Origin: Pyrobaculum calidifontis JCM 11548
GTDB taxonomy: Archaea; Thermoproteota; Thermoprotei; Thermoproteales; Thermoproteaceae
NCBI RefSeq assembly: GCF_000015805.1
Contig: NC_009073.1
Coordinates: 780,001 to 812,000, forward strand
Direction of reading: 5' to 3'
DNA length: 32,000 nt
Position 1 is the stretch's first letter. Each line of letters begins with the position of its first letter. Shown here one piece after another: positions 15,031 to 24,460 of the stretch. Made by a program: the position numbers and the translations under genes. The notes under the pieces were generated by a model that ran no database searches, had not been told where the DNA came from, and was given only the letters and a program-made list of their open reading frames with translations.

Positions 15031-15434
15031 TAGAGGGGTCTAACGGGCGTTGATGCGCCGCAGGCGAGGCAGTGTAAGACGAAGATGCGGCCCTCCCGCC
15101 TTAGCTCTGTGTCTATGGAGTTGCACACTGGACACACCACGTAGTACTTAATAAAGCGCTCGTAGACCGCCTCCACCACCTTAGGCGACTTTTCCCCATG
15201 GAGAGTAAAAACGTCGCCCTCCACCGTGCCGGGCACCGCCAGCTCCTTCTGGAAAAACTTGGCCATTAAGTAGACGTCTCTGTTTAGCCTCTTCGCAATG
15301 GCGCCGAAGTTCTGTATAATCGTCTTCCTGGGCATATTCACCACCTCTATCTTAGGTATCTCAGCTCGTCGTTGCGCCTTTGGTGAAACTAGCTTGTACG
15401 CCCTGTCTAAAAGTGCCAAATATTCGTCGTCCAT
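15030..15434 (-). CDS. eif2b: Translation initiation factor aIF-2 beta subunit
   Basis: [13 protein letters not shown]...[16 protein letters not shown]...[18 protein letters not shown]...LHCLACGA, the C-terminal zinc ribbon of e/aIF2-beta. Confidence 0.9.
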   Translation of the reverse strand: MDDEYLALLDRAYKLVSPKAQRRAEIPKIEVVNMPRKTIIQNFGAIAKRLNRDVYLMAKFFQKELAVPGTVEGDVFTLHGEKSPKVVEAVYERFIKYYVVCPVCNSIDTELRREGRIFVLHCLACGASTPVRPL

Positions 15435-15457
15435 CGGGGAAAAAGTGTGAGCCCTAT

Positions 15458-16027
15458 TTAAATTTGCGGCCTAAACCAATAAGTTATGTAATTCTCGCCG
15501 GGCCTTCTCCCCACTACAAGCCTCATTTTCATCCCTGGCCTCAGCGTCTTGGGGTCTGCCTCAACCCACGCAGTTATGTTAAACCCGTCAGCCATTCTAA
15601 CTATGCCCACAACGTAGTCCCCGTGATAGCTGAAGCTAGCTGGCTTTACATTTATCACAGTCCATGTCAACAACTCGCCCTCTGGAGTCACTTCGCGCCA
15701 CTCCATGTCAGAGGATTTGCACTTGGGGCAGTCCGCCTGCGGCGGGAAGTATTTAGCGCCGCACCTCTTACACTGTGTGTAGAACAGCTTCCCCTCCGCC
15801 AGCCCCTCGACAAATTTGGCGATCTTGTTCACAGAGAGTGTAAACCTTAGACGCAACTCGCGGACGTCCACCCACAGCAACGCGCCTGTTTTTGGATCTT
15901 TGTACACGGGCAGTCCAGTGGCATTTATCAAAGCCTCCAGTTGCGCCAACGGCTCTTTATACAGCTTGTCAAGAGTCTTAGTCACAGCCGCGACGACGTT
16001 TTCCCCAATAGGTTTGCCGCCCTCCAT
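15458..16027 (-). CDS. DUF35-type Zn-ribbon/OB-fold protein (thiolase-associated), with an N-terminal extension
   Basis: [39 protein letters not shown] followed by an OB-like segment. It lies 4 nt downstream of the thiolase gene. Confidence 0.8.
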   Translation of the reverse strand: MEGGKPIGENVVAAVTKTLDKLYKEPLAQLEALINATGLPVYKDPKTGALLWVDVRELRLRFTLSVNKIAKFVEGLAEGKLFYTQCKRCGAKYFPPQADCPKCKSSDMEWREVTPEGELLTWTVINVKPASFSYHGDYVVGIVRMADGFNITAWVEADPKTLRPGMKMRLVVGRRPGENYITYWFRPQI

Positions 16028-16031
16028 GGCC

Positions 16032-17204
16032 TTACAGACTTAGTATTGTCACAAAGGCGTAGTGTCCCGTCCCCCCGATGTTGTGCGCCAGTGCCATGCC
16101 TTTTCTTATGGGCGCCTGCCTCCCTTTCTCGACCTCTTGCCTAAGCTGCTTCGTCAACTCGGCTATCATTGATACGCCAGTGGCGCCAATGGGGTGCCCC
16201 TTGGCCTTCAGCCCCCCGTCCAAATTCACCGGTATTAACCCGCCTATGTAGGTCTGCCCCTCTCTAATCAGCTTATATCCCTCCCCCCGCTTCGCAAACC
16301 CCAAATCCTCATACGCCATAATCTCTGCTATTGTAAAACAGTCGTGGACCTCGGCCACGTCGAGGTATTTTACAGGCTCCTGGGGGTCTATCCCAGCCTT
16401 CTTATAGGCCATCTGCGCGGCGATTTGCGCCGCCTCTAAGCCCACAAAGTCCACTCTTTTGCTCAAATTGGCCGTGCCATTGGCATAGCCGATGGCCTTT
16501 ATCCACACAGGTGTGTCAGTGATTTTTCTCGCCACCTCCTCGCTGGCGAGTATCACCGCCGCCGAGCCGTCTGTAATTGGGCTACTGTCGTACAGCTTAA
16601 GCGGCCAAGCCACATAGCGGGAGTTTAGACACTCCTCGACTGTTATAGCCTTCTGAAACTGCGCCTTGGGGTTCAACGAGCCGTAGTAGTGGTTCTTTAC
16701 GGCGACTTTGCACAAGTCCTCCTCTGTGGCGCCGTAGCGGTTCATATAGGCCGTGGCGTAGAGCGCATAATAGCCGGGGAAGGTTAGACCGAAGTTTTCA
16801 AACTCCCAGAAGTAGTTCCCCGCCCTCCCTATGAACTCTACGACGGTTGGAGTGGGGGACTCGTTCATTTTCTCAACGCCGATAGCCATCGCTATATCCA
16901 CCTCGCCGCTTGCCACCATGTGATACGCAGTTCTCACGGCGGCGGAGCCCGTGGCACACGCCGCCTCGACTCTTATCCCACTCCTAGGCGCCAAGCCGCA
17001 GTACTCTCCCACCACAACCGCAGGCAGGGCCTCGGAGGACCAGCCGCCGACGTTCCCCACAACAAATGCTTCAACGTCCTCGGGACCCAGCCTCGCGTCG
17101 TCTAAAGCCTCTTTCACAGACTCCCAGGCAAGCTCTTGCAGAGAGACGTCTGTCCTATTGCCAAATTTACTAACTCCTACGCCAACGACTGCAACTTTTC
17201 TCAT
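16032..17204 (-). CDS. Thiolase (archaeal / SCP-x-type 3-ketoacyl-CoA or acetoacetyl-CoA thiolase)
   Basis: Nucleophile region VEAACATGSAAV, plus GHPIGATG and HNIGGTG near the C-terminus. 390 aa. Confidence 0.85.
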   Translation of the reverse strand: MRKVAVVGVGVSKFGNRTDVSLQELAWESVKEALDDARLGPEDVEAFVVGNVGGWSSEALPAVVVGEYCGLAPRSGIRVEAACATGSAAVRTAYHMVASGEVDIAMAIGVEKMNESPTPTVVEFIGRAGNYFWEFENFGLTFPGYYALYATAYMNRYGATEEDLCKVAVKNHYYGSLNPKAQFQKAITVEECLNSRYVAWPLKLYDSSPITDGSAAVILASEEVARKITDTPVWIKAIGYANGTANLSKRVDFVGLEAAQIAAQMAYKKAGIDPQEPVKYLDVAEVHDCFTIAEIMAYEDLGFAKRGEGYKLIREGQTYIGGLIPVNLDGGLKAKGHPIGATGVSMIAELTKQLRQEVEKGRQAPIRKGMALAHNIGGTGHYAFVTILSL

Positions 17205-17254
17205 ATGGAAAACTTTGGAAGAGGATAAAAAATTACTTTAGCTTGTTAGTGCAA

Positions 17255-18487
17255 CTAGGTTACAAACTTGGCAATTTCGTCAGGTATTTGACCCTTCTCC
17301 TTTAGAATTCTAATGAGCTGGCGATATGCCACAAGCTTCTGGATATTGTTAGCTCCCTCATATATCTGGGTAATCTTCACATCTCTCAAGTACCTCTCCA
17401 CGCCGGTTTCTACGATGACGCCAACGCCTCCGTGGAGGTTTATGGCCTCGGAAATAACCTCCTCGGCTACCGAGGTGGCATAGTACTTAGCGAGGGAGGC
17501 CACAAAGGTGAACTCCTTCCTATTCTCATCCGCGAGCTTAGCCGCCAAGTAGGTCAACAGCCTCGCCGTCATAATCTTCGTCATCATCTCCACAAGGCTG
17601 AACTGTATGGCTTGAAACGCCGCTATGGGAAGGCCGAAGGCTTGCCTCTGGTGAACATACTGGAACGCCTTTTCAAACACGCCCTGCATCATGCCGACTG
17701 CCTGTGCCGCGACGCCTATCCTCGTTCTATCAAAAGTCTCCATGGCATACAAGAAGCCCATGCCCTCCTCCCCAACCCTGTTCTCATCTGGCACCTCCAC
17801 GTTCTCAAACACAAGCTCACAGACGTGGTTGCCGTGTAGACCCATCTTGTGGTAGCACTGCTCTATCTTAAAGCCGGGAGTGCCCTTCTCCACTATGAAG
17901 AAGGTGAGACCTAGGTACCGCAACTTTTTATCCGGCGGCGGGTATGTCCTGGCAAGCACAATGAAGTAGTCAGCCACATCTGAGCTACTGATAAACGCCT
18001 TTCTCCCATTTATAACCCACTTGTTGCCCACCTTTTCAGCCTTTGTCTGAATGCCAGCCACGTCGGAGCCGCAGCAGGGCTCTGTGACGGCAAAGGCGCC
18101 GAATTTCTCGCCTCGGGCAATAGGCGGGACGTACTTCTGTTTCTGCTCCTCTGTGCCAAAGAGCAGTATGGGGGTTAAAAACAGCTCGTTGGTGCCAAAG
18201 TAGACGCTGAGGCCGGGCAGAACGCGGCAGAACTCCTCCGACATGATAACCGCCATTCTGTGATCCCCGCCCTGGCCGCCGTACTTCTCGGGAATTCCAA
18301 TGCCGAAGAACCCCTGCTCCGCAATCTTCTTCAACAGATCCCACGGAACCTCGTCTTTTTCCTCAATTTCCATGGCCTTGGGCGCCACTTCCCTCTCCAC
18401 AAACTCCCTAACCGCCTTCCTAAACATCTCATGCTCAGGCGTCAACACCACCGAGAAGTCCTCCACTGAGTCGAATGGGAACACCAT
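17255..18487 (-). CDS. Acyl-CoA dehydrogenase
   Basis: [13 protein letters not shown], the catalytic-base region IYEGANNIQ, about 410 aa. I prefer ATG 18487 (MVFPF...) over GTG 18496 because the TATA at 18504-18515 is centred about 23-25 nt upstream of 18487. Confidence 0.85.
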   Translation of the reverse strand: MVFPFDSVEDFSVVLTPEHEMFRKAVREFVEREVAPKAMEIEEKDEVPWDLLKKIAEQGFFGIGIPEKYGGQGGDHRMAVIMSEEFCRVLPGLSVYFGTNELFLTPILLFGTEEQKQKYVPPIARGEKFGAFAVTEPCCGSDVAGIQTKAEKVGNKWVINGRKAFISSSDVADYFIVLARTYPPPDKKLRYLGLTFFIVEKGTPGFKIEQCYHKMGLHGNHVCELVFENVEVPDENRVGEEGMGFLYAMETFDRTRIGVAAQAVGMMQGVFEKAFQYVHQRQAFGLPIAAFQAIQFSLVEMMTKIMTARLLTYLAAKLADENRKEFTFVASLAKYYATSVAEEVISEAINLHGGVGVIVETGVERYLRDVKITQIYEGANNIQKLVAYRQLIRILKEKGQIPDEIAKFVT

Positions 18488-18496
18488 GACCGCCAC

Positions 18497-18592
18497 CTAG
18501 CGCCTATTTTTAAGTGTTAACTTCGTCAAAACACACACCCCAATCGTTCCCTGAGCAAAAAAACCTTAATAAGTAGCTACACACTGTAAAAT
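18497..18592. promoter_or_regulatory. Divergent promoter gap with two TATA boxes
   Basis: CTTAAAAATAGG on the minus strand (18504-18515) serves the dehydrogenase. CCTTAATAAG (18564-18573) lies about 24 nt upstream of GTG 18593. Confidence 0.45.
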
Positions 18593-20326
18593 GTGACAAA
18601 GGAAGTATTTGAAAAATATATTGCAACGAGGATATGGGCTAAGAACTACGACGAGGGGGTCCCCCCCGAGGTTCAAATTAAGCCAGAGCCCCTCTTCTCC
18701 TACTTAGACAGACAAGCCGCAGAGAGGGGGAGCGCAACGGCGTATGTGTACTTCGGCAACAAGATAAGCTTCAAGACGGTGGGAGACCACAGCGATAGGG
18801 TGGCAGCGGCGCTCAAGGAGTGGGGGCTAGGCAAAGGTGACGTCGTTGCGCTATATTTGCCTAATACGCCTGCCTTTCCGATTATTTACTACGGCGCCTT
18901 GAAAATAGGCGCAGTGGTAAGCCCCATGAACCCCATGTATACCCCAAGAGAGGTGGCGTACCAAGCCAAAGACGCTGGGGCCAGAGTCATCTTCGTGGCC
19001 GACGTGTTGTACAAAAACGTGGAAGAGGCCGACAAGATGCACAAGTTCGACCGCGTGGTGGTAGTAGAAGTGGCCGAGTACATGCCGGCCTTTATCAAGC
19101 CGCTAGCAAAAAGGCGGCTAAAGCCCCCAAAAATCCCCTATGGGGGACGCATCGTGTCCTATAAGTCTCTGCTATCCCACAAAGCCACGTCGTACAGAGC
19201 GGCTGTGGACCCCAGGGAGGACTTAGCCGCGCTCATGTACACCGGCGGCACCACCGGCGTCCCCAAAGGCGCCGAAATAACCCACGGCAACATATCGTCC
19301 AATCTACAACAACTTAAGCCGCTCTACGAGGTTGTAAAGAGGAGAAGAGGAGAACAACAATTGGTTATGATGGGCGTACTGCCTTGGTACCACATATACG
19401 GCCAAGTCACAGTCATGCACTACGGCATATTTGACGGCGCCACAGTGGTAGTAGTACCAAGGCCGGACATAGAACAAATTATGAAGTTGATACAAAAGTA
19501 CAAGGCACATGTGCTCCACGGCGTACCCACCCTATATAATATGATAATAAATCACCCAAAGGCGAGACAGTACAAACTGTCGAGCCTCGCCTTCTGCATA
19601 TCTGGGGCCGCGCCTCTCCCCGTGGAGGTGGCTAAGAAGTTTGAACAGTTAACAGGCGCAGTGCTGAGGGAGGGGTACGGCCTTACTGAAACAGCGGTTG
19701 TTACACACGTCAATCCTCTATATGGCAAAGCCAAGGCGGGGTCCATTGGACTCCCCATACCTTCTACCTACGCCGCTGTGGCAGACCCCGACAAGCCCAT
19801 CCTCCTGCCCCCAGGCCAAGTGGGAGAAATCGTCATATCGGGTCCCCAGGTGTTCAAGGGGTATCATAATAGGCCTGAGGAAAACGCCCAAGCCTTCTTT
19901 GAATGTTGCGGCTTGAGGTGGTTTAGGACAGGCGACATGGGGTACATGGACGAGGAGGGGTACTTCTACATTGTGGACAGGAAGAAGGACATGATTAAGT
20001 ACAAGGGCTACTCTGTGTTCAGCAGAGAGATAGAGGAGGTGCTTTATCAACACCCATGTGTGAAAGAGGCGGCGGTAATAGGCGTGCCGCATCCAGAGGC
20101 AGGCGAGATACCAAAGGCGTTTATAGTCCTAAGAGAGGAGTGCAAGGGCAAGGTAACGCCTGAGGACATAATTAAGTGGACAGAGGACAAGCTCGCCCAT
20201 TACAAGAGGCCGCGCGCCGTTGAGTTCAGAGACGAGTTGCCTAAATCCGCCGTGGGCAAAATCCTAAAAAGAGAGCTGAGGGCCGAGGAGCTACGCAAGC
20301 TACAGGAAAGCGCGGCAAAGGCTTAA
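18593..20326 (+). CDS. AMP-forming acyl-CoA synthetase (fatty-acid-CoA ligase family)
   Basis: AMP-binding motifs YTGGTTGVPKGA, EGYGLTE, FRTGDMGY and DRKKDMIKYKG. 577 aa, GTG start. Confidence 0.85.
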   Translation: MTKEVFEKYIATRIWAKNYDEGVPPEVQIKPEPLFSYLDRQAAERGSATAYVYFGNKISFKTVGDHSDRVAAALKEWGLGKGDVVALYLPNTPAFPIIYYGALKIGAVVSPMNPMYTPREVAYQAKDAGARVIFVADVLYKNVEEADKMHKFDRVVVVEVAEYMPAFIKPLAKRRLKPPKIPYGGRIVSYKSLLSHKATSYRAAVDPREDLAALMYTGGTTGVPKGAEITHGNISSNLQQLKPLYEVVKRRRGEQQLVMMGVLPWYHIYGQVTVMHYGIFDGATVVVVPRPDIEQIMKLIQKYKAHVLHGVPTLYNMIINHPKARQYKLSSLAFCISGAAPLPVEVAKKFEQLTGAVLREGYGLTETAVVTHVNPLYGKAKAGSIGLPIPSTYAAVADPDKPILLPPGQVGEIVISGPQVFKGYHNRPEENAQAFFECCGLRWFRTGDMGYMDEEGYFYIVDRKKDMIKYKGYSVFSREIEEVLYQHPCVKEAAVIGVPHPEAGEIPKAFIVLREECKGKVTPEDIIKWTEDKLAHYKRPRAVEFRDELPKSAVGKILKRELRAEELRKLQESAAKA

Positions 20327-20348
20327 ATTACCGCCCTACCCCGCCGTT

Positions 20349-21293
20349 GTGAAAATTGGAAACCTAGACGTCAGTAGTATAGGCGTTGGGGCTTGGCAGG
20401 CGGGCGCCGCCGCTTGGCGCGTCGACCTCGCGGAGCTTCGGAAGGCCTACGAGTACGTCTTAGACAACGGCGTAAACTTCATCGACACGGCGGAGATCTA
20501 CGGGATGGGGAAGAGCGAGGAGTTCGTGGGCGAGCTGGTGAGAAGCAGACCCCACGTGGTCGTGGCGACGAAAGTCGCCGGCTTTAACTGGGCAAAGGCG
20601 GTCAAAAGCGCCGAGAGAAGCCGTAGCAGGCTTGGGAGAATAGACTTGCTTCAGCTCCACTGGCCGCCGCCGGCCTACGTCCCCCTCTGTAAAGCCATTA
20701 GAGAGCTTGAAAAGGCGGCGAAGGCAGGCCTGACTCGCGAAATAGGCGTAAGCAACTTTGACGCCTCGCTCATGGAAAAGGCGCTGACCTGCACCAAGAG
20801 CTATCCCATTGTGTCAGACCAAGTCGTCTATAATCCATTGCAGAGGGCCGCGGAGCCCTTGATAGAGCTGGGGAGAAGGCGGGGGTTCGTTGTTATAGCG
20901 TGGAGCCCTCTCGCCAAGGGGGCGGCGGTGAAGGAGCAAGTGGGCGACGACCCGGCGAGGAGGCTGGACCCGGCGGTGAAGAGGGCCAAGACGCCCCAGG
21001 GCAGAGCCGTTGTGAAGGCTGTGAGAGAAATTGCAGAGAGGCGGGGCGTCTCGCCGGCTGCGGTGGTTTTGGCTTGGCATAAGGCTAAGGGCGTCATCCC
21101 CATCCCCGGGGTTAAGACCTTCGCCCAGGCTAGAGAGGTTGTGGAGGCGCTTGGCCTTGAGCTGTCTGAGGACGAGATGCGGCGGATAGACGAGGTCTCT
21201 CAGCCCTTCTTGGAGGGGGACATATGGCCGGGGGTTATGCGGGCGATACCTGGCTTTTTACAGAAGTTGGCATTCACAATTGCCAGAGTGTGA
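20349..21293 (+). CDS. Aldo/keto reductase
   Basis: GVNFIDTAEIYGMGKSE, LLQLHWP, and the GVSNF and IPIPG motifs of the AKR family. GTG start 22 nt after the ligase stop, with no TATA in between. Confidence 0.8.
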   Translation: MKIGNLDVSSIGVGAWQAGAAAWRVDLAELRKAYEYVLDNGVNFIDTAEIYGMGKSEEFVGELVRSRPHVVVATKVAGFNWAKAVKSAERSRSRLGRIDLLQLHWPPPAYVPLCKAIRELEKAAKAGLTREIGVSNFDASLMEKALTCTKSYPIVSDQVVYNPLQRAAEPLIELGRRRGFVVIAWSPLAKGAAVKEQVGDDPARRLDPAVKRAKTPQGRAVVKAVREIAERRGVSPAAVVLAWHKAKGVIPIPGVKTFAQAREVVEALGLELSEDEMRRIDEVSQPFLEGDIWPGVMRAIPGFLQKLAFTIARV

Positions 21294-21343
21294 ATTTGGC
21301 TATAGACGTATACATACTTTAAATACATCTCCAACTAGCTTCT

Positions 21344-23332
21344 ATGCCAAAAGTTGCAGTAATAGGAGCTGGCACGATGGGCCATGGAATAGCTGAGCTG
21401 TTTGCAATTGCGGGCTACGAGGTTGCCCTCGTCGACGTGGCGGAGGACTACCTCAAAAGGGCTTTGCAGAACGTTGAGTGGTCTCTCAAGAAGCTTGCCG
21501 AGAAGGGGCAGATCAAGGAGGACCCCTCCGTGGTGCTGTCGAGGGTTAAACCAATAGTCAACGACGTGTGCAAGGCCGTGGAGGGGGCAGAGCTGATGGT
21601 TGAGGCCGTTGTGGAAGACATCGAGGTCAAGAGGCGTGTCTTTGCCGAGGCCGACCGTTGCGCCCCGCCGGAGGCAATCTTAGCCACCAACACATCTTCG
21701 CTCCCCATTACGGAGATCTCGGAGGCCGTGAGGCCAGAGAGGAGGAGCAAGGTAGTGGGCATGCACTTCTTCAATCCGCCGGTGTTGATGCCGCTTGTGG
21801 AGGTGATAAAGGGCGCCTATACAAGCGACGAGACTGTGAAAAAGATTGTGGAGTACGCCTCTAAGCTAGGCAAGCAGACCGTCATAGTGAACAAGGACGT
21901 ACCCGGCTTCATTGTGAACAGAATCTTGGCGAGGGTAAACGATGCGGCGTGTTGGATGGTGGCCAGAAAAGAGGCCACGGTGCAGGAGGTGGACTCCGCG
22001 CTTATGTACAAGGCCGGCTTGCCCATGGGCGCGTTTATCCTACTAGACTACACAGGAATAGACGTGGCGTGCTTCATTGGAGACGCCATGTCGAAGAGGG
22101 GCTTTAAGACGCACCCATGCCCGCTGATTGTAGAGAAGTGCCAGCAGAAGAAGTTCGGCGTCAAGACAGGCGAGGGCTTCTACAAGTACCCCGCGCCGGG
22201 CAAATTCCAGTGGCCTGAGGTTCCCAAGAGCGCTGGCGAGCGGATAGACGTCGTCGCTCTACTGGCCCCCGCGATAAACGAAGCCGCCTACCTCCTGCGA
22301 GAGGGCATAGCAACGCGCGAAGACATAGACAAAGCAGTAAAGCTCGGGCTCAACTGGCCCAAGGGCCCCCTGGAGTTTGCAGACGAGTTCGGCATAGACA
22401 CGGTGGTTAAGGCGCTCGGAGAGTGGAGACAGAAGACCGGCTTCGAGGAGTTTGAGCCCGACCCGCTACTCCGCGACATGGTGGCCAAGGGGAAGCTTGG
22501 GAAAAAGACTGGGGAGGGCTTCTACACGTATGTAAAAGCTGAAGAAAAGAAGTTGGAAACCATAATAATCAGGTACGAGCCCGGCGTAGCATGGATTATC
22601 TTGAATAGGCCAGAGAGACTCAACGCAATAAATCCAAAGATGGTGGAAGAGCTGTGGAAAGCCATCGACGAAATTGAGCAAATGGACTACGACAAGGTGC
22701 GCGTCGTCGTCATCACAGGCACTGGGAGGGCCTTCTCCGCAGGCGCAGACGTGACAGCCTTTATGGGCGCCACGCCTGTCACAATATTCAAGACTTCGAG
22801 GAAGTTGCAGATACTGTTCGAGAGAATTGAGGCGCTGGATAGGCCCGTGATCTGCGGCATAAACGGCTACGCCCTAGGCGGAGGACTTGAGCTTGCCATG
22901 TCCTGCGACATTAGAATAGCCGCGGATACCGCAGAGCTAGGCCAGCCTGAGATAAACCTAGGCTTTATCCCAGGCGCTGGGGGCACGCAAAGGCTGGCGA
23001 GACACATCGGGAGAGATAGGGCTAAGGAGCTGATATTCACTGGCGACAGAATCCCGGCCCGCGAGGCTGAGAGGCTAGGCCTTGTGAACAGAGTAGTCCC
23101 GGCCGACAAGTTTGAGCAAGAGCTAAGGGCCTTCGCCAATAAGCTGGCCGAGAAGCCGCCTTTGGCGCTGGCGATGGCCAAATACGCAATAAACTTCGGC
23201 ATAGAGGCTCCGCAATGGGTCGGCATGATGCTTGAGGCGGCTCAATTCGGCCTACTCTTCACCACCGAGGACGTCATAGAGGGCGTATCGGCGTTTCTAC
23301 AGAAGAGGAAGCCGCAGTTCAAGGGGAAGTAA
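21344..23332 (+). CDS. Fused 3-hydroxyacyl-CoA dehydrogenase (N-terminal) / enoyl-CoA hydratase (C-terminal)
   Basis: N-terminal Rossmann VIGAGTMGHGIA and HFFNPP. C-terminal crotonase motifs ITGTGRAFSAGADV, GYALGGGLELAMSCD and PEINLGFIPGAGGTQRL. Confidence 0.9.
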   Translation: MPKVAVIGAGTMGHGIAELFAIAGYEVALVDVAEDYLKRALQNVEWSLKKLAEKGQIKEDPSVVLSRVKPIVNDVCKAVEGAELMVEAVVEDIEVKRRVFAEADRCAPPEAILATNTSSLPITEISEAVRPERRSKVVGMHFFNPPVLMPLVEVIKGAYTSDETVKKIVEYASKLGKQTVIVNKDVPGFIVNRILARVNDAACWMVARKEATVQEVDSALMYKAGLPMGAFILLDYTGIDVACFIGDAMSKRGFKTHPCPLIVEKCQQKKFGVKTGEGFYKYPAPGKFQWPEVPKSAGERIDVVALLAPAINEAAYLLREGIATREDIDKAVKLGLNWPKGPLEFADEFGIDTVVKALGEWRQKTGFEEFEPDPLLRDMVAKGKLGKKTGEGFYTYVKAEEKKLETIIIRYEPGVAWIILNRPERLNAINPKMVEELWKAIDEIEQMDYDKVRVVVITGTGRAFSAGADVTAFMGATPVTIFKTSRKLQILFERIEALDRPVICGINGYALGGGLELAMSCDIRIAADTAELGQPEINLGFIPGAGGTQRLARHIGRDRAKELIFTGDRIPAREAERLGLVNRVVPADKFEQELRAFANKLAEKPPLALAMAKYAINFGIEAPQWVGMMLEAAQFGLLFTTEDVIEGVSAFLQKRKPQFKGK

Positions 23333-23371
23333 CTCCCTTAACTTTTTTAAAGCCCCCTCCTCTTCCCTCCA

Positions 23372-24460
23372 ATGGACGACTTCTTTGAACTGCTGAAAAA
23401 ATTGGCGGAGGCTAGGGGCCCCTCGGGCTTTGAGGACGAGGTGAGGGAACTCGTGGCAAGGGAAATGGAGCCGTTTGTCGACGAAGTCGTGGTAGACCGG
23501 TGGGGCAACGTAATCGGCGTCAAGAGGGGCTCCACCAACTACAGGGCCATGGTGGCCGCCCACATAGACGAAATTGGGCTAGTGGTAGACCACATAGAGA
23601 AGGAGGGCTTTCTCCGCGTGAGAGGCATCGGCGGGTGGAACGAGGTCACCCTAGTGGGCCAGAGAGTGTGGGTGAGGACTAGAGACGGCAAGTGGATACG
23701 CGGCGTCGTCGGCGTCACTCCTCCGCACATTACGCCGTCTGGCAAAGAGCGCGAGGCCCCCGAGATGAAGGACTTGTTCATAGATATAGGGGCCAGAGAC
23801 AGAGAAGAGGCAGAGAAGCTGGGGGTCACCATAGGCTCTGTCGCCGTGTTAGACAGAGACGTGGTCAAGCTTCAGAACGACGTTGTGGCTGGCAAGGCGT
23901 TTGACGACAGAGTCGGCGTCGCCGTCATGTTGTACGCGCTGAGGATGCTCAAGGAGACTCCCACGACTGTATACACCGTGGCCACTGTGCAAGAGGAGGT
24001 GGGGCTGAGGGGCGCGCAGATAGCGGCGGAGAAGGTGTCCCCCCACTACGCCATTGCTCTCGATACCACCATTGCAGCAGATGTGCCAGGGGTGCCAGAG
24101 CGGCAACACATAGTAAAAGTGGGGAAGGGGCCCGCGATTAAGGTCATCGACGGCGGCAGAGGAGGGCTGTTCATAGCCCACCCGCCTCTGCGCAACCACA
24201 TTATCAAAGTTGCAGAGGAGCTGGGCATCCCCTTCCAACTGGAAGTCCTCTACGGCGGAACCACAGACGCCATGGCTATAGCGTTTAGGCGAGAGGGCGT
24301 GCCCACTGCGGCAATCTCCGTGCCAACGCGCTACGTCCACTCCCCCGTGGAGGTTCTGAGCCTCAGCGACGCCGTGAATGCAGCGCGGCTATTAGCCGCC
24401 GTGTTAGAAAAAACTAAGCCTAATATTATAGAGATGTTCCTTGATAAGAAAATCAAGTAA
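23372..24460 (+). CDS. M42-family metallo-aminopeptidase (TET/FrvX-like)
   Basis: AHIDEIG, AFDDRVGV and QEEVGLRGA, with a C-terminal YVHSPVE. 362 aa. Confidence 0.85.
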   Translation: MDDFFELLKKLAEARGPSGFEDEVRELVAREMEPFVDEVVVDRWGNVIGVKRGSTNYRAMVAAHIDEIGLVVDHIEKEGFLRVRGIGGWNEVTLVGQRVWVRTRDGKWIRGVVGVTPPHITPSGKEREAPEMKDLFIDIGARDREEAEKLGVTIGSVAVLDRDVVKLQNDVVAGKAFDDRVGVAVMLYALRMLKETPTTVYTVATVQEEVGLRGAQIAAEKVSPHYAIALDTTIAADVPGVPERQHIVKVGKGPAIKVIDGGRGGLFIAHPPLRNHIIKVAEELGIPFQLEVLYGGTTDAMAIAFRREGVPTAAISVPTRYVHSPVEVLSLSDAVNAARLLAAVLEKTKPNIIEMFLDKKIK

